A DNA stretch of 64,000 nucleotides from NCBI GenBank assembly GCA_951406725.2, contig OX597827.1, forward strand, positions 37,510,001 to 37,574,000, in the 5' to 3' direction. The notes beneath the pieces were generated by a model. The model was not told where the DNA came from. It saw only the letters and a list, made by a program, of their open reading frames with translations, and did not search any database. Position 1 is the stretch's first letter; the number at the start of each line of letters is the position of its first letter. Source of the DNA: Octopus vulgaris. Taxonomy: Eukaryota. Made by a program: the position numbers and the translations under genes. Shown one piece after another: positions 52,736 to 64,000 of this stretch.

Positions 52736-52736
<1 letters not shown>
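51472..52736 (+). mobile_element. Full-length young mariner (irritans-like, DD34D)
   Basis: 37-bp TIR cgagggacgttcaataagtaatgcccctgacccactt (1 mismatch), TA target duplication, 1265 bp. Confidence 0.95.
51631..52655 (+). pseudogene. Mariner transposase, open except for one frameshifting deletion before PDLAPSD
   Basis: SGRP, ARWIPR, ITQDETWVHHYDPE, LLQDNAPVH; after GYELL another frame reads PDLAPSDFHLLPAMK..WEKCVTQGGSYVEK; HPPYS is missing. Confidence 0.92.
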
Positions 52737-52795
<59 letters not shown>

Positions 52796-52797
<2 letters not shown>

Positions 52798-52965
52798 GAC
52801 GGGCTTCTTTCAGTTTCCGTCTACCAAATTCGTTGGTCTGCCCGATCTTTGGTCGGCCCGATGCTACAGTAGAAGACATTTTCCCTAAGTTCCACACAGT
52901 GGGACTGAACCTGGAACAATGTGGTTGGGAAGCAAGCTTCTTACCACACAGCCACGCCTGCGCCT
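52796..52965 (-). mobile_element. SINE family A head half (tail remnant at 51426-51460), split by the mariner
   Basis: acgacgggcttctttcag...cacagccacgcctgcgcct. Confidence 0.8.
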
Positions 52966-53780
52966 ATATATAAAATAAATGGGAAAAAATGCATTGTAAA
53001 TAAACAACGTCAGATAAAAAACGCATGCGTATACTGACGTTTTCCCATAACGAATTAATGTATAACAATGCTCGATTATTAAACAAAACAGTGCAGTACG
53101 ACCAGCCATATGACCACCCATTTGGTTTATTAATCTGCATAATCTTAAACTTATTTTGCCGACGATTTCTAACATTTGAATTAATTGCGCATTAAAATTA
53201 TTCGAAGTGGAGAAAGATATATAACGCCTATATCATTCGAAAGAGAAAAAAATTCTACATAAACTGTAAAAAGTAAAATTATTTTATACAGTTTTGTTTA
53301 AAATATATTAATGAAGGTATAGAACTGTCATCAACGGCCTTAAACTTATTTTCGCCAGTGTAAATACATAAATGTAATACAGTATGTTAAGTGACGGTTT
53401 AATTCTTTATCTATTCGTTATCTATTCGTGTTACGCAACGGCAATGAAATCAATACAGTATATATTTACTTAGTTGGAGAATTGACGCAGATAAGGAGTG
53501 CCCATTGCTAGATAATAAGCAAAGATAGCTGCATTGACTAAAAAGCCAAACTATTTTCACCTGCTCTCTTTTGTTAAACTAAAAAGTCGTTCGGCAACTT
53601 TACCTTATGTTAATGTGTGACCTATTTCAAGTTGCTACAATAAGGCTGATGGGTGTCATACCGAAAAGATGCAACAAATTATTGCTATTGTTGTTGTTGT
53701 CTATTCCCTAGTCAACACTGGACAAGCAGACCTGTAATCAGAGACATTCCAGTTATGACCACTCTGTTTTATCCACAGAC

Positions 53781-53968
53781 GTATTTCGTCTGCCGCTACG
53801 TTCTGAGTTCAAATTCCGCCGAGGTCGACTTTGCCTTTCATCCTTTCGGGGTCGATAAATAAAGTACCAGTTACGCACTGGGGTCGATATAATCGACTTA
53901 ATCCGTTTGTCTGTCCTTGTTTCTCCTCTCTGTGTTTAGCCCCTTGTGGGTAGTAAAGAAATAGGTAT
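53781..53968 (+). mobile_element. SINE family B, 5'-truncated
   Basis: Starts at gtatttcgtctgcc, the same point as the units of the 43420 trimer. Confidence 0.9.
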
Positions 53969-53977
53969 TGCACATGG

Positions 53978-54255
53978 AATGTTTCCCTCCGAGGCACAAG
54001 TCCGGGCAAGGTTGCTTGCGAAAGACCAGCAGTCCCTCATGCATATCACTCCTCTCCACGCCACCAAAGTTGTCCAAGGGAAAGGCACAGGCCGATGCAG
54101 TTTGGAGCCATTGACGTCGCACTTCATGTTTATACCTAAGTGAACTGCAGCAATTTCAAGTAAAGTATCTTGTCCAAGAGCACAATACACCAGCCCGGGA
54201 CTCGAACTCACAACCTCACGATTATTAACCCGACGCTCTAACCACAGAGCCATAC
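53978..54255 (-). mobile_element. tRNA-derived SINE family D
   Basis: Minus strand tggctctgtggttagagcg..gagttcgagtccc..ttgtgctcttggacaagatactt. Confidence 0.75.
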
Positions 54256-54883
54256 TGCACTCTACTCAGGGCCGTTCTTACGTTCTTGGTGCATATGCAC
54301 AGTAAGTAGTCGCTTGGGTGTCCCAGAGGCCTAGCGGCTCCATGCTAACCTATTTATATTGTTGTTATACTTGTAAGAGATCTCTATATATTGTTTTGCC
54401 CGGGAAGTTCCTATAATTCTGTTGAAACGGCCATGGCTATATTAGTTTATATTACAAAGCCCCTTATGAAGCCAAACTTCAATGTCCCACTATACTAAAT
54501 TGCATAGCAAAATACCCTACTGTGCCATACTTTTATGTTACAATATATAACAAATGCCAACAAAGAAGCTTCAGATATTACCTAATCGTCTGAAAAATAT
54601 TTAATATGGTGGCACAAGAAATCCTAAATTTACAATAAAAGAAATAACAAAGTATAAACCAAAGAAAAACAGAGGCTGGTAGACATTAGTGCAGAACATA
54701 AACCACAAAACAAACAGTAAAATGCTAAATAACGCAATTAATTAACAACAAGAACAACCACAACAATGACGAGACCACGCCCGTTGTTATTGTAATAAAT
54801 CAAGCAACATACCTAAAATTCCAACACTAACCAAACCACACCTCATCAGACATTTCTCGAAAACCAGCCACAAAAATACACAT

Positions 54884-54925
<42 letters not shown>

Positions 54926-54939
54926 ACACACACACAGAT

Positions 54940-55925
54940 GACAAGAACTCAAAAAGTAAAATGCGCACTTTCCATTAGAACCACAATTTTGAGCCTGTCT
55001 TTCAATCGAACACCCAGAAAATAACCGCGAGCTTTAAAACCTAAATAACTTCAAAGTCTAACAAAATCATTAGTATACACCAAAAATGTCTAGTATATTA
55101 AAGAATCGCTGAAGTCGCTAACGTCCACAATTATTCCTAACATCACTGTCAAAATCCATACTAAAACCAAACACAATACGAGTGAAATAGCATATGTACG
55201 ACATCTATACTCTCAGTATTTTTAGATAAACTAATCCTCATCACTAATCCAAACATTTCCCTCTTCAAATCACAGCCCATATTCAGTCATCTACCTTCAA
55301 CCCACACTGCTCACAAACTTAACTCAAACGATACGGAATGGTTTGAACATCAAATTTTGACTCTACCGCACACACCATTCTAACAGCTGTTAACATCAGT
55401 AACGTTGAAGACATTATTTTCTGCTATCCACTTCTAAACAAAATACTTAGCACTTTCTTACGAAATAACGCAAAATACTCTAATGAAAGCAACGTTCCAA
55501 AATTATCAAATTCCCGAATAGAATACCCCAGGAACTCGTCCTCTCAATCACTCTTTCCAGCCTACAACAAACACGATCTTCCTATACCTTCCCAAAACGT
55601 TCACACAGCCTCATTAAATAGATGAAATTACACTCACATCCTCTCATCATTCTCTAGAAACAACAGGGCAATCTAACGCCAACCCTACATCAATCACCAA
55701 GAAATTTGACTTCGCAACAAATACACTGTCTTCTTTCTTATCAGTAACACCAGAGAGCATCAACTACAACCAACACACAACGACATAAAACGTACCAATC
55801 ACACAGAAGGCAAAACTATCAGGTGTTATATGTATAACTCTTCTACATTCACAATGCATGCAGCGCATAAACGTACTTAAAGCAATCGCAGCTCCGACAC
55901 TTGGCCAACAGAAAGAAACAAAAAT
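54940..55925 (+). mobile_element. Decayed I/Jockey-group LINE relic
   Basis: A/C-skewed block ending in VPITQKAKLSGV..TFTMHA..NVLKAIAAPTLGQQKET (RT thumb-like); left boundary uncertain. Confidence 0.5.
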
Positions 55926-57912
55926 AGTGCAACTTGTGTCAGAGCGTGATGTATCTTTTCTGTAAAGTATAAGATTTCTGTTGATTTCTACAAAGTAATA
56001 AATTCATCCTAAATTATACCAACCCAGGTCTCTCCACAACAAACCACAGTAAAAAATATTTAAAGAAAAAGATGCAACAGCATATGTTATACAGAACATA
56101 TTTATAGAACAATTACACAACGAAGCAGTTTGGTAATGTTGCAGACTTCAACATTCAAAAGATCTCGTTATATGAATAACCACTTTCAAATGCCCAGGTA
56201 CATATGCAACACTTAGAACAGCTAGCAGAAACCATTGCATAACAGGAAAATTGGACCACTGTGACCAGTTGTTTGACTTGTGCGTCATAAAAAACTGCTT
56301 TATCAGTGTGACTTAGTAAATAAGAGAAAAAAAAAGAGAGAGAAAGAGAAAGAGAGCGAAAGATGGGAGGATGTAGTAATTGTCTAATCCCAGGTCAGCC
56401 GCAATAAAGTAGACCTACCAGTCACCTTTTATCTATGTTCAACAACAGCAAGAAAAACAACTGCAGATGCAGCAACAGCAGTAACAGCAACAGTAGCAAC
56501 AACAACAGCAGCAGCAGCAGCAGTCTTTTGTTCAGATATTATGCATGTTTAAGAAACCATTTACCTCACCTAGAAACACTATGTGATCTTTTTCAACCTT
56601 CTAGAAATAAAATCTAAAACGCCCTTAAACCAAACCTTACGTTAAAAAAGGAAGGATACATCGAATAATGTAGTCCTAAAATAAGATGGAATGTCTTTGA
56701 TCATAGACTTGGACATTCAGAACTAGCCTAGGGCTAAACAACATATACAGTATATTAAAAATTATTGTATCATGTGACCCTAAACCTTTTATAGTATTTC
56801 TCTTTGTTTCTCCTCGTATCCCTCTTTAAATAGATAACTGTAATACACGAATCACAGTGGAAGGGGTGCCTCATGTGCAAACGAGGGTAGGCTTATGTAT
56901 TAGAATGAGGAAGCTTTACAAGCAAGCAAGGGTAGCATCTTGTGTCATTGGGGGTGTCTTACATGCTAACGAGGGAGTTTGAAGAACCAAGAGGAGTAAC
57001 TCCACGTGTCAAGAGGAGGATGTTTCATGAGTGAACGAGGAGCTCTACATGGTTACTCAACATGCAAAATATAACAAACGAATCTCCCTCAAATCACACC
57101 ACCTCATCTTAAAAAGCATCGGTTAATGTAGACTTCTACGTCAACCTCTAAAACGTTGATATTCTGCTTGGTCAAGAACGACCAAGAGGTAAACCACAAT
57201 TCTCTTTCCCATTATTGTATTTGTTTTAATTTTGTTATTCCTTATATTTTCACTTTCTTTATTTCTTTCACTATTTCCTTCTCACCCGCCCTTGCACTAC
57301 CACCTAACTTTTGGGAGTCCTTACTTCACTCAGCATGAGCCACTGCCCAAGTTTGTAGAGAAAGGATTTTAAGGAGTTTTCTCTGCGTAGGATTCAACGG
57401 CATCACCATCACTACCATCACTATTACTATCACCACCAGGTGGTCTCCTAACAGGCTTAGGATTTCAAGAATCCTGCCAGCAGGAACTGACTTCAGGCTC
57501 AGCGGTGTCAAACATACGACATGGAGTAATGTTTAGTCTGGTCTTGGGCTTAATTTTACAAAACTGTAAAATTTTGAAACAAAATATATATCATTCACAT
57601 GCGTTCAAAATCGGGGTCAGACATCCGGTTTAACATGGGTTCCGATTCGATAAATCAACGCACCTTAGATAATTTCTTGATATTGTTTGTAATCAATGAA
57701 AAAGGTTATGAATACGTATACTACAATAAATGCCCTATTTCCTCTTTGTTTATACGCGCCGAGCCAAACAGTCGCCTTTATTTATTTTGTTTTTAAAATT
57801 TACGAACGCATTCATCTGAAAAGATTCAAATTTCGTAAATCTGGCGCCTCAGATGTCTTGATACATGTGTGTGGGTGGGGGTGGATTTGTGTATACACAC
57901 ACACATATAATA

Positions 57913-58272
57913 TCTTTTATCTTTTACTTGCTTCAGTCATTATACTGCGGCCGTGCTGGGGCACCGCCTTGAAGAATTTTTAATCGAATGAATCAACCCC
58001 AGTACTTATTTTTAAGGCTGGCAATTCTATAGGTCACTTTTTACTGCTAAGTTACGGGGTCGCAAACTAACCAACAACGGTTGTCAAGCGGTAGGGAGGA
58101 CAAACATGGACACAAACACACACGCGCGCGCGCACACAAACATACACACACATACACTTATAGTCTTGAGCAGAGAGTATAGTAGAAGATATTTGCCCAG
58201 TGTGCCATGCAGTGGCACCGAACTCGGAACCATGTGGTTGACAAGCAAACTTCTTACCACACAGCCACACTC
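57913..58272 (-). mobile_element. SINE family A (deleted)
   Basis: Match to family A. Confidence 0.8.
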
Positions 58273-58697
58273 CACAGGGTGGAGGAAATCTTGCAAAGTT
58301 TCTTCGAACCACAGATTTGATGTTTTTCAAATTTTTGCCAGATTATTTTCAAAAAATGTATTTCTTATGACGAAAATTGCATTCACTCCAATTTAGAAAC
58401 TAATAATATAGAAATTAAAAACATTTAAAGTAGTTTGATTTTAGCCAATCGATGATGTCCATTGCCAGCATATCATAGGTCGGTTGTCAGGGAAATTAGA
58501 AAAGACGAAACCCTTACGTGGTCTCTCGACCAGCCAAAACTTAAACTATACCCTAATGTCTAAAACGGTGGTTCTCAAGCGGGGTCGAAATGGCCCTTGG
58601 GAGTCCACATAAGATTTTACTGTTAAAATTTATGTGAAATAAATTGGTTATATCTCAACAATGCACAAAATATTTTAGGAATTGTTTTTATACAACA

Positions 58698-59063
58698 GGC
58701 GCAGATGTGGCTGTGTAGTAAGAAGCATGCTTCCCTACCACATGGTTCTGGGTTCAGTCCCATTGTGTGCCACCTTGGGCAAGTATCTTCTACTATAGCC
58801 TCAGGCCGACCAAAGCCTTGTGAGTGGATTTGGTAGACGGAAATTGAAAAAAGTACGTCGTATGTGTGTGTATGTGTGTCACCATCGCTTGACAACCGAT
58901 GTTGGTGTGTTTACATCCCCGTAACTTAGCGGTTCGGCATAAGATACCGATAAAATAAGTACTAGGTTTACAAAGGATACGTGCTGGGGTCGATTTGTTC
59001 AACTAAAGGCGGTACTCCAACAAGGCTGCAGTCAAATGACTGAAACAAGTAAATGAATAAAAG
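58698..59063 (+). mobile_element. SINE family A, full length, after a hAT-like end (cggtggttctcaa at ~58566)
   Basis: Match to family A. Confidence 0.9.
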
Positions 59064-59146
59064 ACAAACTAATAATATTTAATTATAAAAAATGTAATAG
59101 ATACCAGCGTAGCTGTGTGGTAAGATGCATGCACACACACATATGC

Positions 59147-59174
<28 letters not shown>

Positions 59175-59187
<13 letters not shown>

Positions 59188-60178
59188 TGAGAATGTGTGT
59201 CTGTCTGCCTGTCTGTCTATGTTTCCCTAAAACTTGAGAACTACACAACCAATTTCATTCAAATTTTACACATGCCTTACTTAGGGTCCATGTAGTTTCA
59301 TGGGCAAAAAAATGTTCAACTTCTTGCCTAGAGCGAGCCCATAGCAATATCATATCTTCTCCACTATTTCAGTATTAGGTGTTAAAAGTGAAACAAAAAC
59401 ATTTCTCTATTTTATGGCAGATACTTTCACTTTAACAATAAAAATAATAATAACAATTGAATTATATGTAGTAGGTAATAATTAAAATCAAACTAAAGTA
59501 TAATATAATCGTAACATAACAAAAGTAAAAATAGCAACTGATATAAAATTGCATCAATGATTTGAACTTGAATAAGTGGTTTCACATGAATGGGAATAAA
59601 TTAAAAATAAAATTAGTGTGCAGAAATGGAATAGTCCAGATGGATAATAAAAAATTAAATTAAAGAAAAGACTATTGTCTATAAAGTATACAATGTAGAG
59701 AAAAAAGAAGATTTGAACACCTGGAGGAAAGCACCTTCGAAAAGTGTCTTGGTGCGACTATGAAAGATATCTAACCAGAGGCGGTAAATTCGCCACAATA
59801 GAAGCAAGGTTCGAGTCAGCGGAGCGTGCAAGGGAGTACTCGGCTCGAACTTGCAAAGTGGAAATATTTTATTTTTACCTATATATCTGGGACGTAGGAC
59901 GTCCCGGATAAAAATTTAAAATGCTCCCCCCCCCAGAAGTAGAGGTAGGCTGGATTGTAGCCACACTTCTATACAAGAGGGAGGACAAGATACAATTGAT
60001 CGGGCTAACAATTCCAGTCTGTTATATATTTTGAGTATTGTTATCACTAGTGATATCAAGATATAACTTTGTATTTTGTATTTTATGTGTAGATGTATAT
60101 ACATAGATGTACATGTAATATATACACATATATACATGCACTAGCACTATGACCCGGCAACGACGGGTCATAATGCTA

Positions 60179-60179
<1 letters not shown>
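59175..60179 (+). mobile_element. Non-autonomous Helitron
   Basis: 5' tatataaaactgagaatgtgtgtctgtctg; 3' gacccg gcaacga cgggtc hairpin then CTAG|T; in (TA)n. Confidence 0.8.
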
Positions 60180-60216
<37 letters not shown>

Positions 60217-60644
60217 CTCTTTTCAGCCATAAACTGCGGCCATGCTGCGAAGCACTCTAGAACCACTTTAGACTCTAAAAGAACAGATAGAACGACATAT
60301 TATATGATGTAGTTGGGATATTGGTATTTTTCATTCATAATTAGAGAGCAAATGAATTGTAATATAGTCCTAAATACACTGCGACAATAAATATATTTAT
60401 TACATGTAATTATGAAAATAACGCTGAGCATACGTTTGTTGTTAATAATATAATGGGTTTACGATTACATACGATTCCATATAATACGATGCATTGATAC
60501 ACTAATTATGAATAGGTAAAATACACAATATCCCCAACTATCTACCGCAGTTTCTCTCATGGCATCTACCGCAGTATAGTTTATTCTAACAGAACACCCA
60601 CGTTTAAGTAAGGATAGATATTACCTCTCGGTATTAATATTGCC

Positions 60645-60697
<53 letters not shown>

Positions 60698-60709
60698 TAT
60701 ATATATATA

Positions 60710-61626
60710 CTAGCTGACGTACCCGGTAATTGCCGGGAAAGCGGAGCTTATCCCTTGGTTCCGTTCTCATAATTGTTTCGCTAATCCAATAACAACAATA
60801 CAAAGTATGTAGCCCTTAAAACGGTTTTTGTGTATTTACAGAGCATACCGAAATGTCTTACATAGGATCTTGTTTTTAGGAATTCCCAATAAGTTATGAA
60901 TACCCAAATTGTGAAGTCAGTTATGTAATAACATGAAATTAGTTACCTGATAATAAGAATTCAAATAAAGTAACCCCGAATGGGTTTTAATGCGTTCCTA
61001 GAGTATATAGATCATAGGAAGAAATACTAATAAGGTATGGATACTAAAATCGCGAAGCATGTTGCGTAATAACAGGCTAATCAGATATGAGATAATAACA
61101 ATTCAAAGTGAATAACTCTGAAAAGGGCTGTTGTGCGTTCCCAGAGAATATTTCCCTCAGGGGTGCTAGTGTTGGTATATTTGTGAATAAGTCTAACCGA
61201 AATAAGTGGATCTATTGTTTAGGAAAATACTATTCACTTGTTTAAGGGTTGTACTGGATAAATTGCGAAAATAACTCTAACAGTTCAAATACTAAGAAAT
61301 AAGCATACTCAATTTCATTTTTACCAAATAAATTAGAAAAAATGAATGGATTATTTCCCTTGGTTAAATATAAGGATTACTTCCAGCGGCAAATGGGTTA
61401 TTTCCCTTGGTGTTTAAAATAAAATATATTAGATATATATAAGAATCCTTTCCAGGGGCCCTATTATCGATTTTTTTTTCAACAATTTTAGTATGGCATG
61501 ACGTTTCCAGACATGAGTTCTACTCAGGTGGCAAGCTTCATCAAAATCAATAAAACCATGTAGGAGGAGTTAGCTAACAACTCCACAAAAACATACACAG
61601 ACAGAATTTCCCACATATGTTGTAGA
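60710..61626 (-). mobile_element. Non-autonomous Helitron
   Basis: Minus strand A|TCtacaac..ttctgtctgtgtatg ... cccggcaattaccggg hairpin, CTAG|T. Confidence 0.75.
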
Positions 61627-62340
61627 TTATGTTCTGTAATGTATTTACTCAACTTCAAAATAGAAAAAGTTCGGCAGAAACTATTAAAGCAACTGTTAGA
61701 ACATTTAAAAGAAGCGAAGAAAACACCAGAACTAGTGTATTCGCTTGACCTTTAATAACTTTAAAACACACATCATACATACGTATGATACATTCTACAA
61801 AACAATGGGAAAGCTATATTATTTTGAGGGTGAAGATTAACGTAATATTACGACGATAACTATTTCTTTATTCAATTAACTGAATTGCTTACACATGAAT
61901 TGATGTACTAGTAGCTAGGCATTTCAAAGACACGTTTACTCTTAACGTGAGTCGCAAAGACAACCAGCATTACACAGTATGTGTGACATGGTAGTATCTT
62001 CCAAATTACGCTTACAATCCACTTGATGATCTTTACAGTTTCCGTCAAGTCAGTTTCACTCACAAGGTATAGGACAACACGACACAATAGAAAATGGCAT
62101 TTGCCCAAGATACCACGCAGTGGGATCGAACCCAAGACCTCGAGGTTGCGAAGTAGATTTCTTAGACATTTTGTCGTACTGCAACTACGATTCTGACAAT
62201 ATACACACCACATACGCGCTCTCGCGCTCACACGTGCACATACTTGCGCGGCGCGCACGCACACATACACTCACGTATTTGTTATCCCATTTCAATGAAT
62301 AAACATTTTAATGTAATTTACGTTTTTTTTTCATAATATT

Positions 62341-62515
62341 GGTTTCAAACTTTGGCATAAAGCCAGAGACTTCTGAGGAGGGGTAAGTCAATTACATCGA
62401 CGCCAGTGCTCAAGTGGTACTTATTTTATCAACCCCGAAAGAAATAAAAAGGGAAGTCAATCTCGGCGGAATTTGAACTCAGAACGTAAAGACGAACGTT
62501 CCGAATTCAAATTCC
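62341..62515 (-). mobile_element. SINE family B
   Basis: ctcggcggaatttgaactcagaacgtaaagacgaa. Confidence 0.75.
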
Positions 62516-62694
62516 CGACTCACTTCTATCTGCTCCCGGCGCATTAGTTTCCCCTCCCATCTTCAATCATATTCTATTCTTCCGCCTCCTTATCCACTAC
62601 ATCCACTCCATATTTGCCAGAATATTGCCGACCACCAAAAATTACTCACTTTATGAATATGCTCTTAAATATGAATAAACAACTTAAGAACTAT

Positions 62695-63003
62695 TGTTAT
62701 ATTTCGGGATGGTCATCACTCATTTGTGGCCTCCTCGGCGACTCTTCCATCCACGTGTTTCCTCCCTAGTTGCGGTGTAAATTTCTTAGCCATTTGGTCA
62801 TACTGCAGCTACCATTCTGACAATATACACAGGAGGAAACACGTGGATGGGAGAGTTTCTGAAGAGGTTGCAGATGTGTGACGAAAGATTTCCTGACAAT
62901 GGACATAAGATAAAATATGAACAATAATAAACGAGTGAAGAACGAATATATAGTGCGTGTGTTTATTTGGTAAGACAAAAAATGACTATCCCGAAATATA
63001 GCA
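62695..63003. repeat. Nested inverted repeats
   Basis: Inner arms 62741-62765 / 62832-62856, outer arms 62695-62716 / 62982-63003; spacer homologous to ~62150-62208. Confidence 0.6.
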
Positions 63004-63146
63004 ACATGTTTCAGCACTCGATTTCACATAAACAATCTTGCAAAATAAATTCATAAATGTATTAAGAACTATTTTCTGGGAATATCCTTATTTTCTGGGC
63101 ATCTGCTTCGTTTTTCGTTTTATTTTCAAAATACTGTATTAATTTG

Positions 63147-63396
63147 CAGGCGTGGCTGTTTAGCAAGAAGCTTGATCCTCAACTACATGGTTCCGGGTTC
63201 AGTCCCACTGTATGGCGCCTTGGGCAAGTGTCTTCAACTACAGGCTCAGTTCTACAATAGCTTTGTAGACGGAAAATAAAAGAAGCCCGTCATATATATA
63301 TGTGTGCGAGTGGGGATGTGTGCGTGTGGGGGTGCGTGTGTTTGTGTGTTTGTGAGTGTGCGCGCGCGCGTATCTGTGTTTAGGTTTGTCTCACCA
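63147..63396 (+). mobile_element. SINE family A, partial
   Basis: gcaggcgtggctgtt..gggttcagtcccactg..ttgggcaagtgtctt. Confidence 0.8.
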
Positions 63397-63687
63397 CTAG
63401 ATAATGTGAGTGTATAGGGACAAAATTATTTAGATGGATCCCGTGGTAGCTTTCAGGTATATACCAGGTTACGGAAAACCGCATCAAGTTGTAATGAGCA
63501 TCAATGATCGCTTAGTATTAGCAATCCCACTGTAATTCTTTTGATAGGTAACTCCGAGGTTGCTTCCATGGATTAAGAATATTATCAGGAGTGTAGATCT
63601 CAGACACTTATAATGAATACGGGGATATGTACATGAACAATTTTTTTCTTTTTATTTTACAGTTGGTCATATAGCATAATTATTTGG

Positions 63688-63751
<64 letters not shown>

Positions 63752-64000
63752 ACACATACACACACATGCATATACACATGTATATATATATATATATACA
63801 TATATATCTTTTATCTTTTACTTGTTTCAGTCATTAGACTGCAGCCATGCTGGGGCACCGCTTGAAATATATAATTATTACTATAAGAAAAAGGAGAAAA
63901 ATATTGTGAATACTTATTTTATTTGTATCACAACATGAACATAGCAAATAGTTTAATACAAATAAAATTTAAATGAACATACATTCTAAAAAGGAGCACT

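Noticed and set aside
52488-52973. 161-aa ORF as a separate gene
   Set aside because: It is the frameshifted mariner C-terminus running through the TIR, (TA)n and a SINE
54268-54434. hAT-like MITE ends cagggccgtt / aacggccatg
   Set aside because: IR short and imperfect; no 8-bp TSD
62859-62900. CTGAAGA...GAAA hammerhead-like string
   Set aside because: No stem I, and the homologous inverted arm lacks the core

Overview
AT-rich, microsatellite-dense animal genomic DNA; the SINE, Helitron and Penelope-like repeat content suggests a cephalopod such as Octopus (inference from recalled repeat sequences). There is no prokaryotic gene organisation, CRISPR array, rRNA gene or true tRNA gene, and most ORFs in the supplied track are microsatellite translations. 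The window is largely a transposon graveyard: about 15 copies of one tRNA-headed SINE with an internal microsatellite, about 9 copies of a second SINE, two full-length mariners (one nearly intact), an IR/DR Tc1, three apparently complete non-autonomous Helitrons plus Rep/Hel relics, RTE, RTE-X, R4/Dong, L1/Tx1 and I-group LINE relics, an LTR with a PBS-like site, and two Penelope-like (PLE) protein relics. The most interesting signal is a set of non-coding elements carrying hammerhead-ribozyme motifs (PLE pseudo-LTR or retrozyme-like). The best case (31469-32278) is a 503-bp unit present 1.23 times with a near-canonical type I hammerhead and a ~190-bp fold-back arm, inserted in (TA)n. Also notable are a 144-bp hairpin whose mismatches include three in-register tandem G.A pairs (32948-33091) and a possible signal-peptide first exon of a host gene on the minus strand (ATG at 18584). 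Coordinates were read by eye and may be off by a few bases.
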